A stretch of 64,000 nt of DNA, taken from positions 1,612,001-1,676,000 of the forward strand of contig JAYWIR010000039.1 of the NCBI GenBank assembly GCA_036172245.1. The letters run 5' to 3'. Below, piece by piece: positions 13,400-27,698 of this stretch (position 1 is its first letter; each line of letters opens with the position of its first letter). Position numbers and translations under genes: made by a program. The stretch comes from Raillietiella orientalis. Its lineage: Eukaryota. The notes below the pieces were generated by a model. That model saw only the letters and a program-made list of their open reading frames with translations, searched no databases and was not told the origin of the DNA.

Positions 13400-16300
13400 T
13401 ACAAATCCTGTTCCTAAATTATGTTCAGTGCCTTCCTGCTTCAAATTAGCATCCATCTCCACTCTCTCGGCAGTCAACTTCAAACGTTTCTACGCCATCC
13501 ACACCAACAGCACGCCTCATTACAAAGCTTTAATACAGAAATCCTTTTCCTTGTATTTGAAGGCAGTTTCCACTGGCTCCAAATATAGGAAAGTCTCTAT
13601 CCGTGGTCGCTTCTCTTCCGAGTTCTAATCGCAACATCAGATTCGGCAGCAGACCTCAATATAGGCCGGATGAGCTTCACCAGATCACTGGGTGAAGTGA
13701 TCACAAAGTCCCTCGCGGTCGCGAATCATCAATGCGAGCATACACAATCTGCTCTGAGGCTGTGCCGCACACAATACACTTGGGTGTAGCGTCATCACTG
13801 AAGGGTCCTCTCTCGAGCCTGACCACACGATTTCGGTTTGAGAGCACTTTGTTCTTCGGTCGCTTCTGGGGCATCAGTCGTGCCTTTGATAGGGACCATA
13901 TGTTCAGACCAAAACCCAATTTTTAGCGGCCCACTGCTGGATCTGAGTTCGTGAGCTCCGACGCGAGCTTGTCCCTTAGCCCTGGGCTCTCAGGATATGG
14001 AGTGCTCGGCCTACTTTTTTTTCTTCTCCTGTCCACCATTTCAGTGGGATCGGCGGTCGACCGTGATGAAAGGGGGGTGATGTAGGTTGCCTGCTGTCAT
14101 GTACTCCATTGTTTCGGAAACCCGAGGGGAACCCTGGCTTCAAGAGAGTCTGAAGAGTGGCTTTTCTGAGCCTAAAGAGAGCACGCGCTCCCAAAAGTTG
14201 GCATCAACACTCCTCTTGCGCCTTCTGGCGAGGGTGCCGCACGTCATCGGAGCTTTCATGCAACATCCGCATTGCCCAGGGAAGTTAGGAGCTGCAAACA
14301 TGGGGGAGAGTGCGACCCATCTGGCGAAGAAACCCCTCCAGAAAGATGAGCCTGGTATTTCCCCTGGATGAAGCAAGTCCAGGGGTGCAGCAGAGAATAG
14401 TCAGGAGTATTCGCTTCCTTAGGTCCTTAGGGGTTCTTAGGTGCTGTGACGCCTCTCATCCACGAAAGTCCGTACTCTTCCAGCACATCCCTTCGCCCTC
14501 CTTCTTGGCTCTCCCGGTCGCTCCCAACTTGACTCCCTTGTGGACCCTGAAGAGTTCTTGGAAGCGCCTCCGAGGAAAGGCACGGGTGACAAATTGCCGT
14601 TCGGGGAATAGTGAGCAAAGGACGAGGAGGGAATGAAGAGACTAGGCTCCTCTTCCTCTTCGAAACGGAAGCTGGACGTCATGGAAACGTCGGACGTTCT
14701 CTGGATTCTCCTCAGCTGCTGCTGGATTATCTTCCCTCCCATCGGTGGGGAGCACCGCTCCTTCCTCCGATCAACCATCTTCAGAATCCGTTCTCTTGGC
14801 CTCCCCCCCCCCTTCCTCCTCCGAAGGAAGCGCTGCTTCTGCGGCGAACATGTCCCTCCTCCGTTCGCGTCCAGACGCCCCCCGCTGTTCGCTTCAGATG
14901 CTTGCAGCGGGGACGCCCGAGCTTCTGACAGATCCGTCAACTCTTCTGCCTCCCTACTCGTCTGAGCGAGGAGCGAAGGAGGATCCGGGTGTCTTGCCCC
15001 CACCCCCCGCGTCCTTCCTTTCCTCTCGGGCTCGCGCGCGTCAGTGCGGACGGCACTCCGCCTCCCAAGTCTCTTCTCGGCGAAAATGAGCAGGAAGGAG
15101 GGGGGAAGAGTGCGAGAGATGACGACGAAAGGGGTAGAGGGTGAATAAACAAGTGCCTCCGGTGCATCCCCCTTGGATGAGACAGCCTCCGGAGACCCCA
15201 TGTCGGAAATGTGAGATAGATGGGCATGCACGTGAGCCGGAATAGGAAGCCCGCCTGGCTCCCGGCCTGCTTCCCTGTCCTCCCTTCCAGGTCCCGTCTG
15301 TGGCCCCGTTCCAGAAGATGCCAGACCCTTGGGACGCTCATCCACCTGCGGCCGCCCTGCGCGATTCCGTGCACACGGATGGGATCACCGGGAACGGGAG
15401 TTAGGGAGGACAAGACCACCACTGGGTTCCTGGAAACAGATGCAAAGGGGTGGAACGCCAGTGGTCCGAAACCACTGTCGCTAGCTTCCTCCAAACGGGT
15501 ACGCTGGCGCGTGCCGCCCTTTCTGGAAGTCGTGGCCCTGTCGTCGACCCGGTTCCCGGTCGGCTATTTTCAGGCGCGGCATGGAGGCGTGCCGGGACGC
15601 CAGCAACCCGGGCGCGAGAAGTGCCGCAAGCACAGCAGTGTCGAGGTCGGCGAAGTCGTCGTCGTCTGGACAGCGCTCCAGCGGAGGCGAGGGAAGAGAG
15701 CAGGCGGGATCATGCCGGAGCGGGACTCCTTCCGCTCAAAGGTTCCGCACTCTGTGGACCCAGGTCGATCCGGCGCATCCGGTTCGTGAGGTCCCATAGG
15801 ATCAGAAGCAGCATTCTGGGCACCCTCGAGGAAGAGACCTCCGGGGAGGAGGAAGCGCCTTCCGCTGCCGTCGGGCGCCATCGACCGGATGGACTTCTCT
15901 CCCAGGTCCGTGAGCTTCCCAGAGTCCCGCGCCGGCGTCTCCTGTGGGCACAGCCGTCGGAGAACAGCGGACGACCCGCCTGCCTTCGGGGCAACTCTCC
16001 ACAACGCTCTCGATGGTCGCAGCTGGGGGCATCCGGCCCGCGCCGCCGACGGCGGCAAGTGCGGCGGCTATTGCGACGTCCATCCTCTTCCTCCTCCCTT
16101 CCGATGGCCGACGGCGGCGCCTCTGCGGGGAAGAAGGTACGCTGAAGGTCTCGCCTCCCTCCCTGGGAGTCCGGCCACTCCTGCGGCGCGGTGTCGCTCC
16201 AGTGGGACCACCCACCTCTCAGTTCCCTCCTCCTTCTTCTCCTCCTGCAATTTCCCTCTTGACTCTGTCGAATACCCTCCGGCTTCCACCCGCGGTATCC

Positions 16301-17990
16301 TCGTAGTCAGCGGGAGCGGCGGCACGCGAAGAGCACGCGCCATGAAGGGCAGGGAGCACCCATGGAGTCGCGGAGACATGCAAAGATGGACTGACAGATG
16401 CTCGCCGCAGGGGGTGGCGGGAGGACGGTCTGAGCGATACGCCGTGCGACACGTCCCCGAGAACTGCCGGATGCCCCTTCGCGCAACATATAGAGGGGCA
16501 CAGCCCGAGGAGCAGCTGGGAGAACGGGTCGGATCCGTGCGCCCCACTGGATTACCCCTAAGATCACCAGGAGGTGGCAGCTCCACCCCGGATGCTCCGT
16601 CGACGTTTCTCCCGAGGTGCGGACGAGTCTGAGGCGGGTGCCCTGGAGCGTTTCGAGACAGGCGGGAGCAGGAAGGTCCCGGAACGGGGAAGGAGGGTTT
16701 CGACTGCACCGTGCGCTCCACCCACCCCCCCTCTTTCTCTTCCGTTCCTCTGCTTACCGGAGGAGTCTCTTGCGGTCCTGGCACCGGGATGGTGTCCGGG
16801 CTTTTTCCACGACGTCGCTGCCTCGGAGGACGGACCCAGATCACCCAGAGTAACGGAGTTCCCTCCAGCTCCCTCGAAGTGCGAACCTTCCCGTTCCTTC
16901 GGAAGCGACACCATCGAGCAGTAGGGTGAGAGCGGATCCAGGAGATGGCTTGCCGGAGCTCTCTTTCCTCCCCCTGCTCCAGCATCCTTGGGAGCGTGGG
17001 CGGCAAAAAGAGCACCTTCGCCTCTTCGGCCGGTGGCTTCCCTGTACGAAATGGGAGAGGTTGCTCGACTTTCCTGGAAGCAGGGACGGAGCCAAGTGCG
17101 TCTTCGCCGCGGGGAGTCCCTTCCCATTATGGCGAGCGTGGTGCGCAGGATGCGCAGATTCTCCTGCATGACCCTCATTCGACGCTCGTCCTCCAGGCGC
17201 AGAGCCTTCAGTTTGCACTCCACGTGATGGTACCGGGTGGGGGCTGCAGCATCGATTAGAGGAGCGGCATTCATCATCTGGTTCAGGACGGCAGTTGGGT
17301 CAGTCAGGGCGGCATATTGCCTCATTCACAACCCCAAATCCCTGTTTCAGCCTCTTCTGCATTCTCCTCATGAGGATGAGGAAGCTCTCCAACCCGAGAT
17401 AGCTTCCCCAGAGAGAGTGTCTGGGATCCGGGAATCTCCAGAGGCACTCTGTCAGCTAATCCTTTCCTCCCTATTTCTATGGAATTGGAAGAGCAAGCAC
17501 CCCCAGCATCATCCCCAGAGTCGGAGACCGTCAAGAAATGGGTAGGAGGAGATGGACTATGCAAGGACAGGAAGAAGAGGAGGAGGAGGAGGCTGACGAC
17601 GCGAACATGGCAGGTTTCTCCCCTCGAATGTTTCAGCAAACGAAAAAGCAACAGCTTCTTACTCAGAAGAAACAGGAATCGTGTCATATTATTCCCTTCT
17701 CGCCCCATCTCTCATTCCTTCCTTCCGTCCTCTTTCACTTGACCAGCACAAAGCGCTGCTTTACTCGGAGCACCCCAGTCATGCAGAAGGTTCAAGGAAA
17801 AAACGTCACGATCTTTGCTTCTTTGTCATCTCTGTGAGAGATTTCAGGAAGGTGGAGAACGAGACTGGAGGGCACCTAGGAAGAAGTTTCCTCAGCAAAA
17901 TGCTTCACGCGCCTTCATTCGTCACAAAGCTCGGCAGACAGAAGGTTCCGGAAGCTGGCTCGAGGAGAAAGATGAACTGGTGCAATGAAC
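13400..17990 (-). mobile_element. degenerate GC-rich L1/Tx1-like LINE (ORF1 ~16.1-17.5 kb, APE ~15.4-16.0 kb, RT ~14.0-14.5 kb, zinc knuckle ~13.77 kb)
   Basis: Minus-strand remnants in LINE order: RLCPQET (cf. LQET), LILWDLTN (cf. GDFN), VSDHW (SDH), PKNPKDLRKRILLTIL (cf. KKGD..DL.NWRPISLL), RGFFARWVALSPMF (cf. RQG.PLSP.LF) and KCIVCG. Boundaries approximate. Confidence 0.7.
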
Positions 17991-20900
17991 TAAATAACTA
18001 ATTAATCCAAACACTTTAAAGATAAAACTGCAAATCTCTACGTCATTCTAATTACCACTACTTCACATAAACCATTACTACTCAAAGGGATGAGCTGTAT
18101 CCGGGAACAAATGTGAGCCAATAAGGCGCATCCCAAGGGCAGAAACACTAGCCCCAGTTAACCCAGAGATAACTGAGGGAAAGAGCAAATCAATTGTGAT
18201 GATAAAGATTTGGGTTGGTCTTTACCAGTTAAAACAGGATTCATGAGACAACCCATCACGAAACGATGTCATAGAGGACATGAATTATACGGCCATTAAC
18301 CGAAAACGCACTCGGGAAGACTAACTGCGAATTGATTTGTTAATCATTTTATGCCAAAAGAGCAGTTATTAGTAGTATAAGCAGATCTTCACACCAAGAA
18401 AATTTCGGCTTGTTATGCGTTAACATGGATCATCCTTTCAGCCTAAAGGAAAATTAACCACCGGAACAAACTGGAGGCAGAATTCGGTTCAAAACTGTGA
18501 ACTGCTGCACGCTGGGTAATAGCATGATTCAAATTATCCTCTTTGTGAAAACAAACGGACCGTTAAGATCCCTTTGTACTATCAGTTAACACAAACCGTC
18601 CCATATGTACAAACAGATCATCATTAAACATCAAGCTTCGAACGACCCTTGGCAGTTGTATTTCCTTTCCGGAAGCCATTTGCATCTTGCTGTTGCATCT
18701 TTGCGGTTCAAAAACTACTCCAAATGCAATCTTACGTAAATAAGACATATTATAACTCATAAACAGACAGATGACTTGTGTAATCATTCATCACTTTTGT
18801 GTTGGCATAAGAGATAAGAATCCACAAATGATATAGTGATGAATACAATAGTGATATGCAATACCTATAAAGATTCATCAATGGATAAAATGGATGCTGT
18901 TTAGTCATTAACTTATTTCTATTCCTGTTATCTACCTTTTATTTAAAAAAGACAAACACATTTCGAACACATTAGCTCCCAAATTTTATTTGTATTGGAA
19001 AACAACTACAAAAAACTAGCCATGATTATAAAGTGATCATTCTTCATTTCTATTTTAATTTTACATTTCCATTAGTTCATGTTACTTGCATTTCTCAAGA
19101 ACACGAAATTAGGATAGAACATGGATCTGCAATTTTATTTTCTATATACGCTATATCCATTCCTCTGTACACACTTGTAAGCAGTAATGCAAAACACTGA
19201 GGTACACTGAGGCAAAATGGGTATAAAATGGAAACGAACACCATTTCGATTAATGTACTTAAAATGAGTTCACCGGACAAAAAAAAAAAAAAAAATTATA
19301 AATGATGGAATTTCTATTGAAATTTATTATTATCCATTACCGATAAACCTAGGAAACAAAAGTGCCCTCGCAAAGAGACGGCATGCATTGCAGTCAGCGT
19401 CTTCAATGCTGTTGGAACAGTGCTAAGAAACACGAAGTGGCTCGACGACCTTCAAGAGGTGGACTTTATTTGGAGTCGATCTGTGGAGGGTGCCAAGGAC
19501 GATATTTTCTCATATTTACTTTTTGCAGCATTTTTTCAGTTCACGATCTTGATTTGTGAGGAAAATAAAATGAGACCATACACTTGCACTTACGGTAACA
19601 CCTTCACATACTTGACAAGTGTCAAATACCTTTATAAATTTGACAGCGATTAAATGTTAATGAATCTTTGCTGGGGAAAGGGGCTTCGGACGAATTTACC
19701 ATTTCCTTTTAGTAATAAAACGCGTCTGATCAAAGTCTTCGAAATCCAAGCGGGGTTACGTGCCTAAATTTCGAATTTGTCAACCAACTGTCCCCCTGCT
19801 GATGATTCAAGATGTATTTCTAAAACGCATCCTGCTAATGTGAAGACTTCATGTTGTATGAAGTTGCTACATAAAGCTAAACCAGAGCATCTAAGGCGTT
19901 AAGTCATGGCCATCAAGAACAGACTTCCAAGTGAAGCTCCTCTGCCTCGTCACTCTACAAAATCTTTCACCTCAAGAGCTTTCCAATTTGGGGAACCTAA
20001 AGCGAATCTATTTTTTTTGGCCATGTCCCTCCTTCGGTTGCCCCACGCTCTACTGCTAATATCAATGCTATTGCTAAAGGTCACCTACTTTGAGATTTAT
20101 CCGTGAAAATGCGTGTGCAACTTGATTGCAGCATCCGAAATATCCCGCGTGGGACAACGCAAAGATACAATCTGAACCCTACTAATGTCGAGGTCACGTT
20201 ACATGATGCGATGTGTTAGAAAAATATCTTCAATGCCACGATTGTGAGGTTACTTTTCTTTATTCAAAAATATTTTGTTCTTCGGGAACTCGAACTGGAA
20301 ACAGAAGCGCTGGCACGTAAAGACCAGAAACTGCGGATACCATTACGGACCTACAGATAGACGGATAGATGACACAACAGTGTCGGTCCGGGATGGCCAC
20401 GTATGCCACAGCTTGTTGGAGAGTTTACCCAGCCCATCCAAACTTTTGTTGTTAAATGGCCATCGAACCCGCTAAGGAAAAGCTTGGAATATCTCCAAGT
20501 AGTTCCTCCTACTTTATTTTCCAAATACATTCGAAAGTTTCTCCTTCAATGTAATACTGCGCAATTAAATTAGGTCATTCAACCATGAAAGTCAAAGATC
20601 CAAGATCTACCTACAAGGAATAATGTATTTGTAACCTTTGCAGGTACTGTCAAAAAATAATTTCAAACCGATCGAACCCAAAAAAGGCAGGTCCAGAATA
20701 GTTATTCAAAATAAAGAGAAAACGCTTTTTTCTGACAATATGTATTTCTTTTCACCTTAATGAAAATTACAACACCAAAATTTTCAACAATACCTGATAA
20801 ATATCTTTGCATCAATGTTAACCATCATATTTGCAACAACTAATATACCCTTTTCTGATGAATACGTTAACTGGTTCATTCATATCACATATCGCAACTA

Positions 20901-21104
20901 CTATTAAGAACTGAACACCCACATAGGAGAACATGCTTGCTACCTTAATCCAGTGAATTTCATAATTTTTTTCTGCATTTTCTTTTTCCCAGATACTCGT
21001 ATGAAGATGCTTCATTCTTTTATGATCAATGTTCAGCAAACTCACTGTACTGTGGAACTATTTATTGATTAAACAAAAATTTTTTGGTGCTGATCTATAA
21101 AATG

Positions 21105-24019
21105 CTACGAGGAATGATCTGCAGTTGGGACTAGGTTTTGATTAAGGCACAGTACTTCTCCCATTTTTTTTAAGTCTTTCTCCAGGTTCATGTTCTTTAT
21201 CAATACCTGTTCCACCATAAGCTGGAGTCTTTTATAATTGTCCTTTGTACTTCCATCAAATAACAGTTTTTTTAGTTTGGGAGTAGAAAATTTAGTATTC
21301 ATGCAATAATGCTGTATAATTTCATCTTTTCTCAGTAAATCCTCTGCAAGTGCCAGGAAACGCTGATCCTGAAGGCGTAATTGCTCTTCAAAAAACCATT
21401 TTTCTTGTTGCAACAATGTTATTTTTTCTAGCAGTGCATGTGTTTCTTGGTCTAAAAACTCATTCACTGTGCGCGTTGAATCGAGAGTCACATCATTAGC
21501 TAGACTCCAGGATGACAATGAACTTGTTTCAGCTTCATCTGACTGACTGCCAAGTGTTAAGTCTGCAAGTCAAATCTCATATTTCATATCAGATTGACAA
21601 ATAGTTCGTGCTACCAGATTTGCTGTGATTTTTCTCCCTCAAATGATCATGGAGTTTGTCAGCTCGTCTCTTTTCACTGGCTAACTGTTTTTGCATATCC
21701 CTAATCACTGCCATGTGTTTCCTGTTAAGCAAACATTTATCCACTTCCCAATCTTTCAGCTGCTGTTGTAGATGCTGTATACTACTCTCCAATACTTTGT
21801 TTTCCTCACTTAGATTCTTCAAAAGCTATACACAATTCAACACATTTTCACATGTATTTCTAATAAACCTGTTCCTGTTGTGCAGCAGAATGCTGCTGCT
21901 TGAAAATAACTTCCTGCTGTGTTAGGAGTTGCTGTTTCAACAGCTGTATTTCTTCTTCAATCAGTGCTTTTTCAGCTTGCAAGCTAGCTGCCTGCTCTCT
22001 AATGACAGGCATTTCCTAACAGCTTGGTATCCAGTAACAACCAGAAATGTGCTAAATGGTTTACCTGTAAATCTAGTTGCTGCAATTCTAACTGCAACTG
22101 TACTGTAGTCAATTCTTTTTGCATTCCTTCCAAAACTTTTTCGAGATCAGCTTTCTCTTTTGCAAGCTAAATTCATGATTGGCTTACTTTTTTTTTTCTA
22201 TTTCTCTTGTTCTGTTACCTGAAAGTTTGTGCCTGAATCTGCTTGCATATTTAGGTACCATCCTTTCATACATGGCTGTAACACTTGAATAGCTCTATTA
22301 CAATCCTGGCATTGACTAATTGCTGTTTCACATTTCTGGTCTTCCTCATAAGATTACTTATGAATTGTTATCACTTGCCTCTGAATCTGAAAATTCAGGC
22401 ATCCTCCACTTGGAGCAATGAAGGAGATGGAGAAGCACAACATTTTCTGCTGGCACTCCTTCTTGCCTTTCTGGATGAATGAATGCACACTATTTTTTTC
22501 TTTTTGTCAATCACATTTTTGCATCTAACCTGAACCTGACTGCAGCACCTCTGTGAATTCTATGGCTCCTGACAATGAATCATCTGTTTTAAGGCTACAT
22601 TCGATCTGATCTATGCAACCTGGGAAATGATTCTCTCACTCACATGTGCTCAAATACCACAATCTGTTGCTCACATTGGCATGCTGCATCTTGAAAAGGT
22701 AAGGCTGATCTGCATGTCCCTGATTCCTTCTCTACAGGTGGATTCTCTTTCAGTAGGTTCATTTCTGATTTTAATAGCTCATTCATTGACATGACCTATG
22801 ACGAAAATTCTCATGAAACCACTACAATCCATTGTGCACCCAATGGTCTACATTCTGTTACTTTAATACAATGCGCTACCTCTGACAACTCATGAAGAAT
22901 TGTTTGATTTTGGATACGGAATTCTTCTTCCTGAGCTGCAAACTTTTGTTGCAAATCCTTATTCTGCTCCAACAAGACATTTAAATCTTTATTTTTTCTA
23001 TTCCATGATAATGATGGTAATGATATTGAAATGTGCTCAGCCTGCAATTTCTGCAATTGTCCATTTAAACTGTGTAATTCTGGAAGAACAGAAGAAATAA
23101 AGTGAACATGCTATGAGTTATTTTGTGTAAATTACAAAAATCTGGGGGGAAAAAAAAATGGGCAGCAGATCACAGTGCACAAGATATTATGCAATTCCGA
23201 AGGCATTCAAACTTGCAGCTGTAGTACTTTAGATACCATTACTCAAGAAAGTGCAAATACAAAATGGCTTGAAGATACAACACTTATAAAGGGCAGATTT
23301 TCATTACGGACATAATAACAACAATATGATCAAGCTGTACAAGATAATGCAGGTATTAACATAGTATAGGCCAATATTTTTTACTTTAAATCGGTTACAA
23401 ATGCATCAGATTACACAAGTTAATTGGAAATAATTAGTTTGCAATGAATAGTTTTTCTGTAAGTGTTCACAAAAAAATATCACAAAGCATTAAAATAGGC
23501 CAAATGGAATCGTTAATAAAAAGGTACCAACTAATCATGTTGCAATAAATGCATATATTTAAAAGTACTCCCAGTCATGGTTCAAGTTATAATTTTAGCA
23601 TGCACTGTGGTAAAACTTTATTACTCCTGTACCATAATCACGTTCCCTGATACAAATGGAAACGTTACGTGTAGATATGTAGCACATAATTCAACATTAA
23701 GGAGTCTTTTTCGTTAAAGTTGATGAAAACGTAAATCGAAAATATTTTAAACACACGTTTAATCATAAAGCAAAATTTACATGAAGTAGTTAAGCAAGCA
23801 TGAACACACTGTGAGAAAAGTACGAAAGCCGGCATAAGTAAGAAAACCTGGTTTACCTGCTTCCTGTTTTCTACATTTATCTTCAAGTTCATAATTCTGC
23901 GTTCTCAAACGAATTAGCTGCTCCTAACATCAATATGAAACACTGCTGTTTTAAGATAAGATACTTACTTGAAGACGCTGGAATTCATCTTCAGAGAAAT
24001 GCTTCGATGGTGTTCCCAT
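21105..24019 (-). CDS. GRIPAP1: GRIP1-associated protein 1 (GRASP-1)-like coiled-coil protein, multi-exon
   Basis: Exon 1 (24019-23969) MGTPSKHFSEDEFQRLQ and exon 2 (23923-23857) EQLIRLRTQNYELE match the family start (SEEEFQRMQAQLLELRTNNYQL). Also QEEEFRIQNQTILHELS and the C-terminal LQQEKWFFEE...LAEDLLRKDEIIQHYCM...LQLMVEQVLIKNMNL. Middle exon boundaries are less certain. Confidence 0.9.
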
Positions 24020-27000
24020 GTTTTATTACATATTACCCTCTACAGAAGCAACGTTTTCCTCGAATTAAAAAGTAATTGCAAACCCAAAGAGAAAAAAAAC
24101 CTCATTTGCAAACACTAGTATCAGGTGCAAACTGTTACCAACTTCATACGGCAGCTAATTGAGATTCAACTCTACCTATAAATGTTTTTAAAAGCTAAAC
24201 AAGAATTTCATATCATTGCAATAGAAAATCAATTTTCTTAGATTCATTTTGAGACTCTTTGCGGGAGAACGTCTAGTTTGATTATTTAGAAAGTATGCAA
24301 TTGAAGCAGGCAATTTTGATGACTCCGATTGAAGTCCAACTCTTTAGTTGAAAAGTAGCAAATGAAGATTTTTCGCTACAATTTCCACATTTTTTTAATA
24401 TAAAAAAGAAATACGAGACAATAAGTTGCAATTTTATAACTCTTTTAAAGCGTCTTTTACATTAATTGAAGCAATGAAAATAGTCTGCAGCTCAATATCT
24501 CTTGTGAAGCTTTCACAGTCAATCGTTACAGAGAATAAACTACAGTATTTCATGCTAAGATTAGAACCATTGAGGTAATCAATTAATATGGTCTAGCCTA
24601 TCAGACACTTCACTATAGTGCCAAGATGTGCTATAAAATTTACATACCGATTGTGCCATTGTTTGAAGAAAAAGGGGGGGAGGTACATTTATCAGCGGAG
24701 TGTAGTTTATATCCAAGATTTTACGATAACAGTAGTGTGACTCATATGAAAAAAACTAGAAAAACTGGTTTCAAGCAATCAAAGCTCTTAAATGACCAAA
24801 CTGCGGCATTGGTTCGAAGAATCATTAGCCGAACACTTTAAGAAATTGACTTATATAATTATATCAAGCAGATATGTTTAAAACCCTAATTTCCATTCTG
24901 TTGTGTTCAAACCCTCTTTACAAGAAGAGTATAGATAATATAAAGATAGGAAATTGACTGAACCATATCTTATGGATGCAGATGCACTAAATCCAAAATT
25001 CCAAAAAAATGCATTTAAGAGAAATGATAAAATTGGATTGTATGTATTTATAAAGAAAGAGATCAGCAAACTAAGTAACTATTGACCAATGAGATGTGAG
25101 CATGTAAATATAAATTATACAATTCTATACAAAATTCATTAGTTGTGTGAAAGAGAAGTGCTTGATCATTTAGTTAGCGAATCCCTAATTGAAGTTTCCA
25201 TGTTGTTAATGTGTGCTATTAGATTCATTACTAAAAATGAACTTGTAAATGCCTTGAAATAGCAAATGTTTTGGAAAGAGGACCACGTAGATTTTATAGT
25301 TTCTTCATTGCTTGTGGTATTTTTGCTTAGCGTCTGCGGTCGGTCACTATTGTGTTTAAAAGATCCATTAGGAAACCGTGTTCCGATACCATCGCTCTAA
25401 AAGGTTTCAAAGCTGAAAATGATCATCCGTCAAAGTGTTTCCATATACACTAATGCAATAATTCCATTATTAAAATATTCAGGGATGAAGAAGCAAACAG
25501 ACTCTTTTAAATAATCAGCGCAAGTCCGTTTATGGATATAAGTGGCATTGGTAGACAAAACCCTTGATTTCTTATAAAGTGAAAAAATTCGAATGGCAGA
25601 ACATCTCCGAATGCCGTGAGATGATTCACTGCGAAGAAACAATTGAATTAAATACATTAAAATGGTTTATAAATAATGGAATTAAATAAACTGCATAAAT
25701 GGAATGAAATATACTTGACCGCAATTTCAAAATGTAAACCTCATAAAATACAACGATTTGCATAGGAAATTCATTGTTTTCGCGAAATGAAAAATGCAAA
25801 AAATATTAAAAAAAAAAATCCCTAAAGTAAAAATTTATATAAAAGATACATTTGGAATGAGCTTCGTTGGGATAAAAACAAAATGACATTTTCAAATAAG
25901 GATCGAATAGGAAACTAACTGGATTAAAGCTGACATTTCCTTATGTACTTAAAAGTCTTAAAGAATACTGAAATTTGTTTGAGTCACTTGTTGACCCTGG
26001 ACAAACGAATTTTAGACCTCACTGACACGGAATGTATTCACACTATGCTCATACATTATGTATAAACGAAGAATGCATGTTTTGTGATAAACTGCAATTT
26101 CCTAATAATAATATCAGTAAAAAAAAAAAAAAAGATGGAAAGATTGGTTCATGTAGTAATCTGGAGCTAAGTTAAAGTGAGATGGATGAATACTCTGGAT
26201 CGTGTTTGCCTAAGCTTGCAGACGCCCGCAGGTCCTGCTGCACGTGGTACCAAGAGTGAAAAACTGCAATCACAATGCTACAAGGACAGAGAGGAAAAAC
26301 ACACACACACAATCGAGAGCTCCTTTGCTCTTTGGAAAAAGTATGAAAACAAAACAGTCAAAGTGCACTGTGAGACCAGGAGTTCGTCTTGCAAGGATGT
26401 TTCCATGGTATTTGTAAAGTGTTTTGAAAGCAAGTGAAAAGAAAGTTTGGGATTATTTGTGCGTGAAAAGTTGTATGAGATGTTCCTCCTTCCAGTGATT
26501 TTCTTTCAGAAACTGAGTGCCGCAAACAACTCTAAATAAATAAAGGGAAAAGCATTTTTAAAAATCAACAAGATTGGCGCACTTCAAAGAAAACGGTTAA
26601 GGGGGGAAATGCTCATGCTTTTTTGCTAGGATGAAAATAAAACTACTTCAGGAGAAATCATAATATAGAAGATAGCTTTGAAATGCACGGGCAGCAAAAT
26701 TGGAAGGCAAGTTGGTGATGGCTACAATCAAGCAGAGAAACGAACGCAAAGTGCATTCGGAGCTTTAGCCATCCAATGTGGCCACCGAGGAATCAGATAC
26801 TTGCGTAGTCACACTGGCAAATCTAACGAGCGGATGTTTGCCATCAGCATCATAGAAATTGTAGAAGTGGATCTCTCTGTGGCAATTATCACACAGTAAA
26901 ACCCTAAAATAGTGAGGACCATCGGAAGAACAAAATACCTTCGAGAGTCTACCCTTTTGATTGCAAGCCATTTAGCGAGATCGGTCATCCATTGGATCCA

Positions 27001-27698
27001 TTTGATCGGTCATCAAGGGATTTTCGTGATCGAAGTCGGGGTGTAGATTCGCTCAAATCGTTAGAGCTTCCGAGATTGCTTCAAACCCCTTTGAAGAACG
27101 TTTAGTAGTAGATAAAAAAGGAAAATGAGAACTGGAAAAAGCAAGAGAAAAATCAGTACATCAGCTGCCTAAGGAGAATGTGAAGCACAAAAATCACGGA
27201 AACTGAAGTCTGCTTTAGAGATTTAGCGATGCATACTGACGATAGCATGCGAAATATGTCTTCGAATGCACAATTTGGCTTCATGAGCGAAGCAACAGGA
27301 GACTTCCAGAAATCGTTGAATAGGTGACAGCAAGCGAACACGATGGCGTAATGAGACTACTTCGAGAAGCAATCGAACTTTGCCCTCATCAATTTGGCGG
27401 AGGCCCACGAAATGGCTGACAGATATGGAAGCAGTTCCGATGAGAGCGTCTTTGCGAAAGCGTGAACTCATTGCCATTCCAGCGTAGTCGAGGAATGACT
27501 GCATGGGTTGTTGGATCGCCGGGGTCCAACAACCTGTCCGGTCCAACGCCTTCCTATGACTCACCGGAGCCATGGAAATTCGATTTTCTCAATGATGGGA
27601 TTTTCGTTTATTTATCTGTAAGCTTCCAGAATTTAATGGCAGCTAAAAGGAATGGAGAGACGGTATTGCGGTCACACTTTTGCTTCTGATAGAAAACT

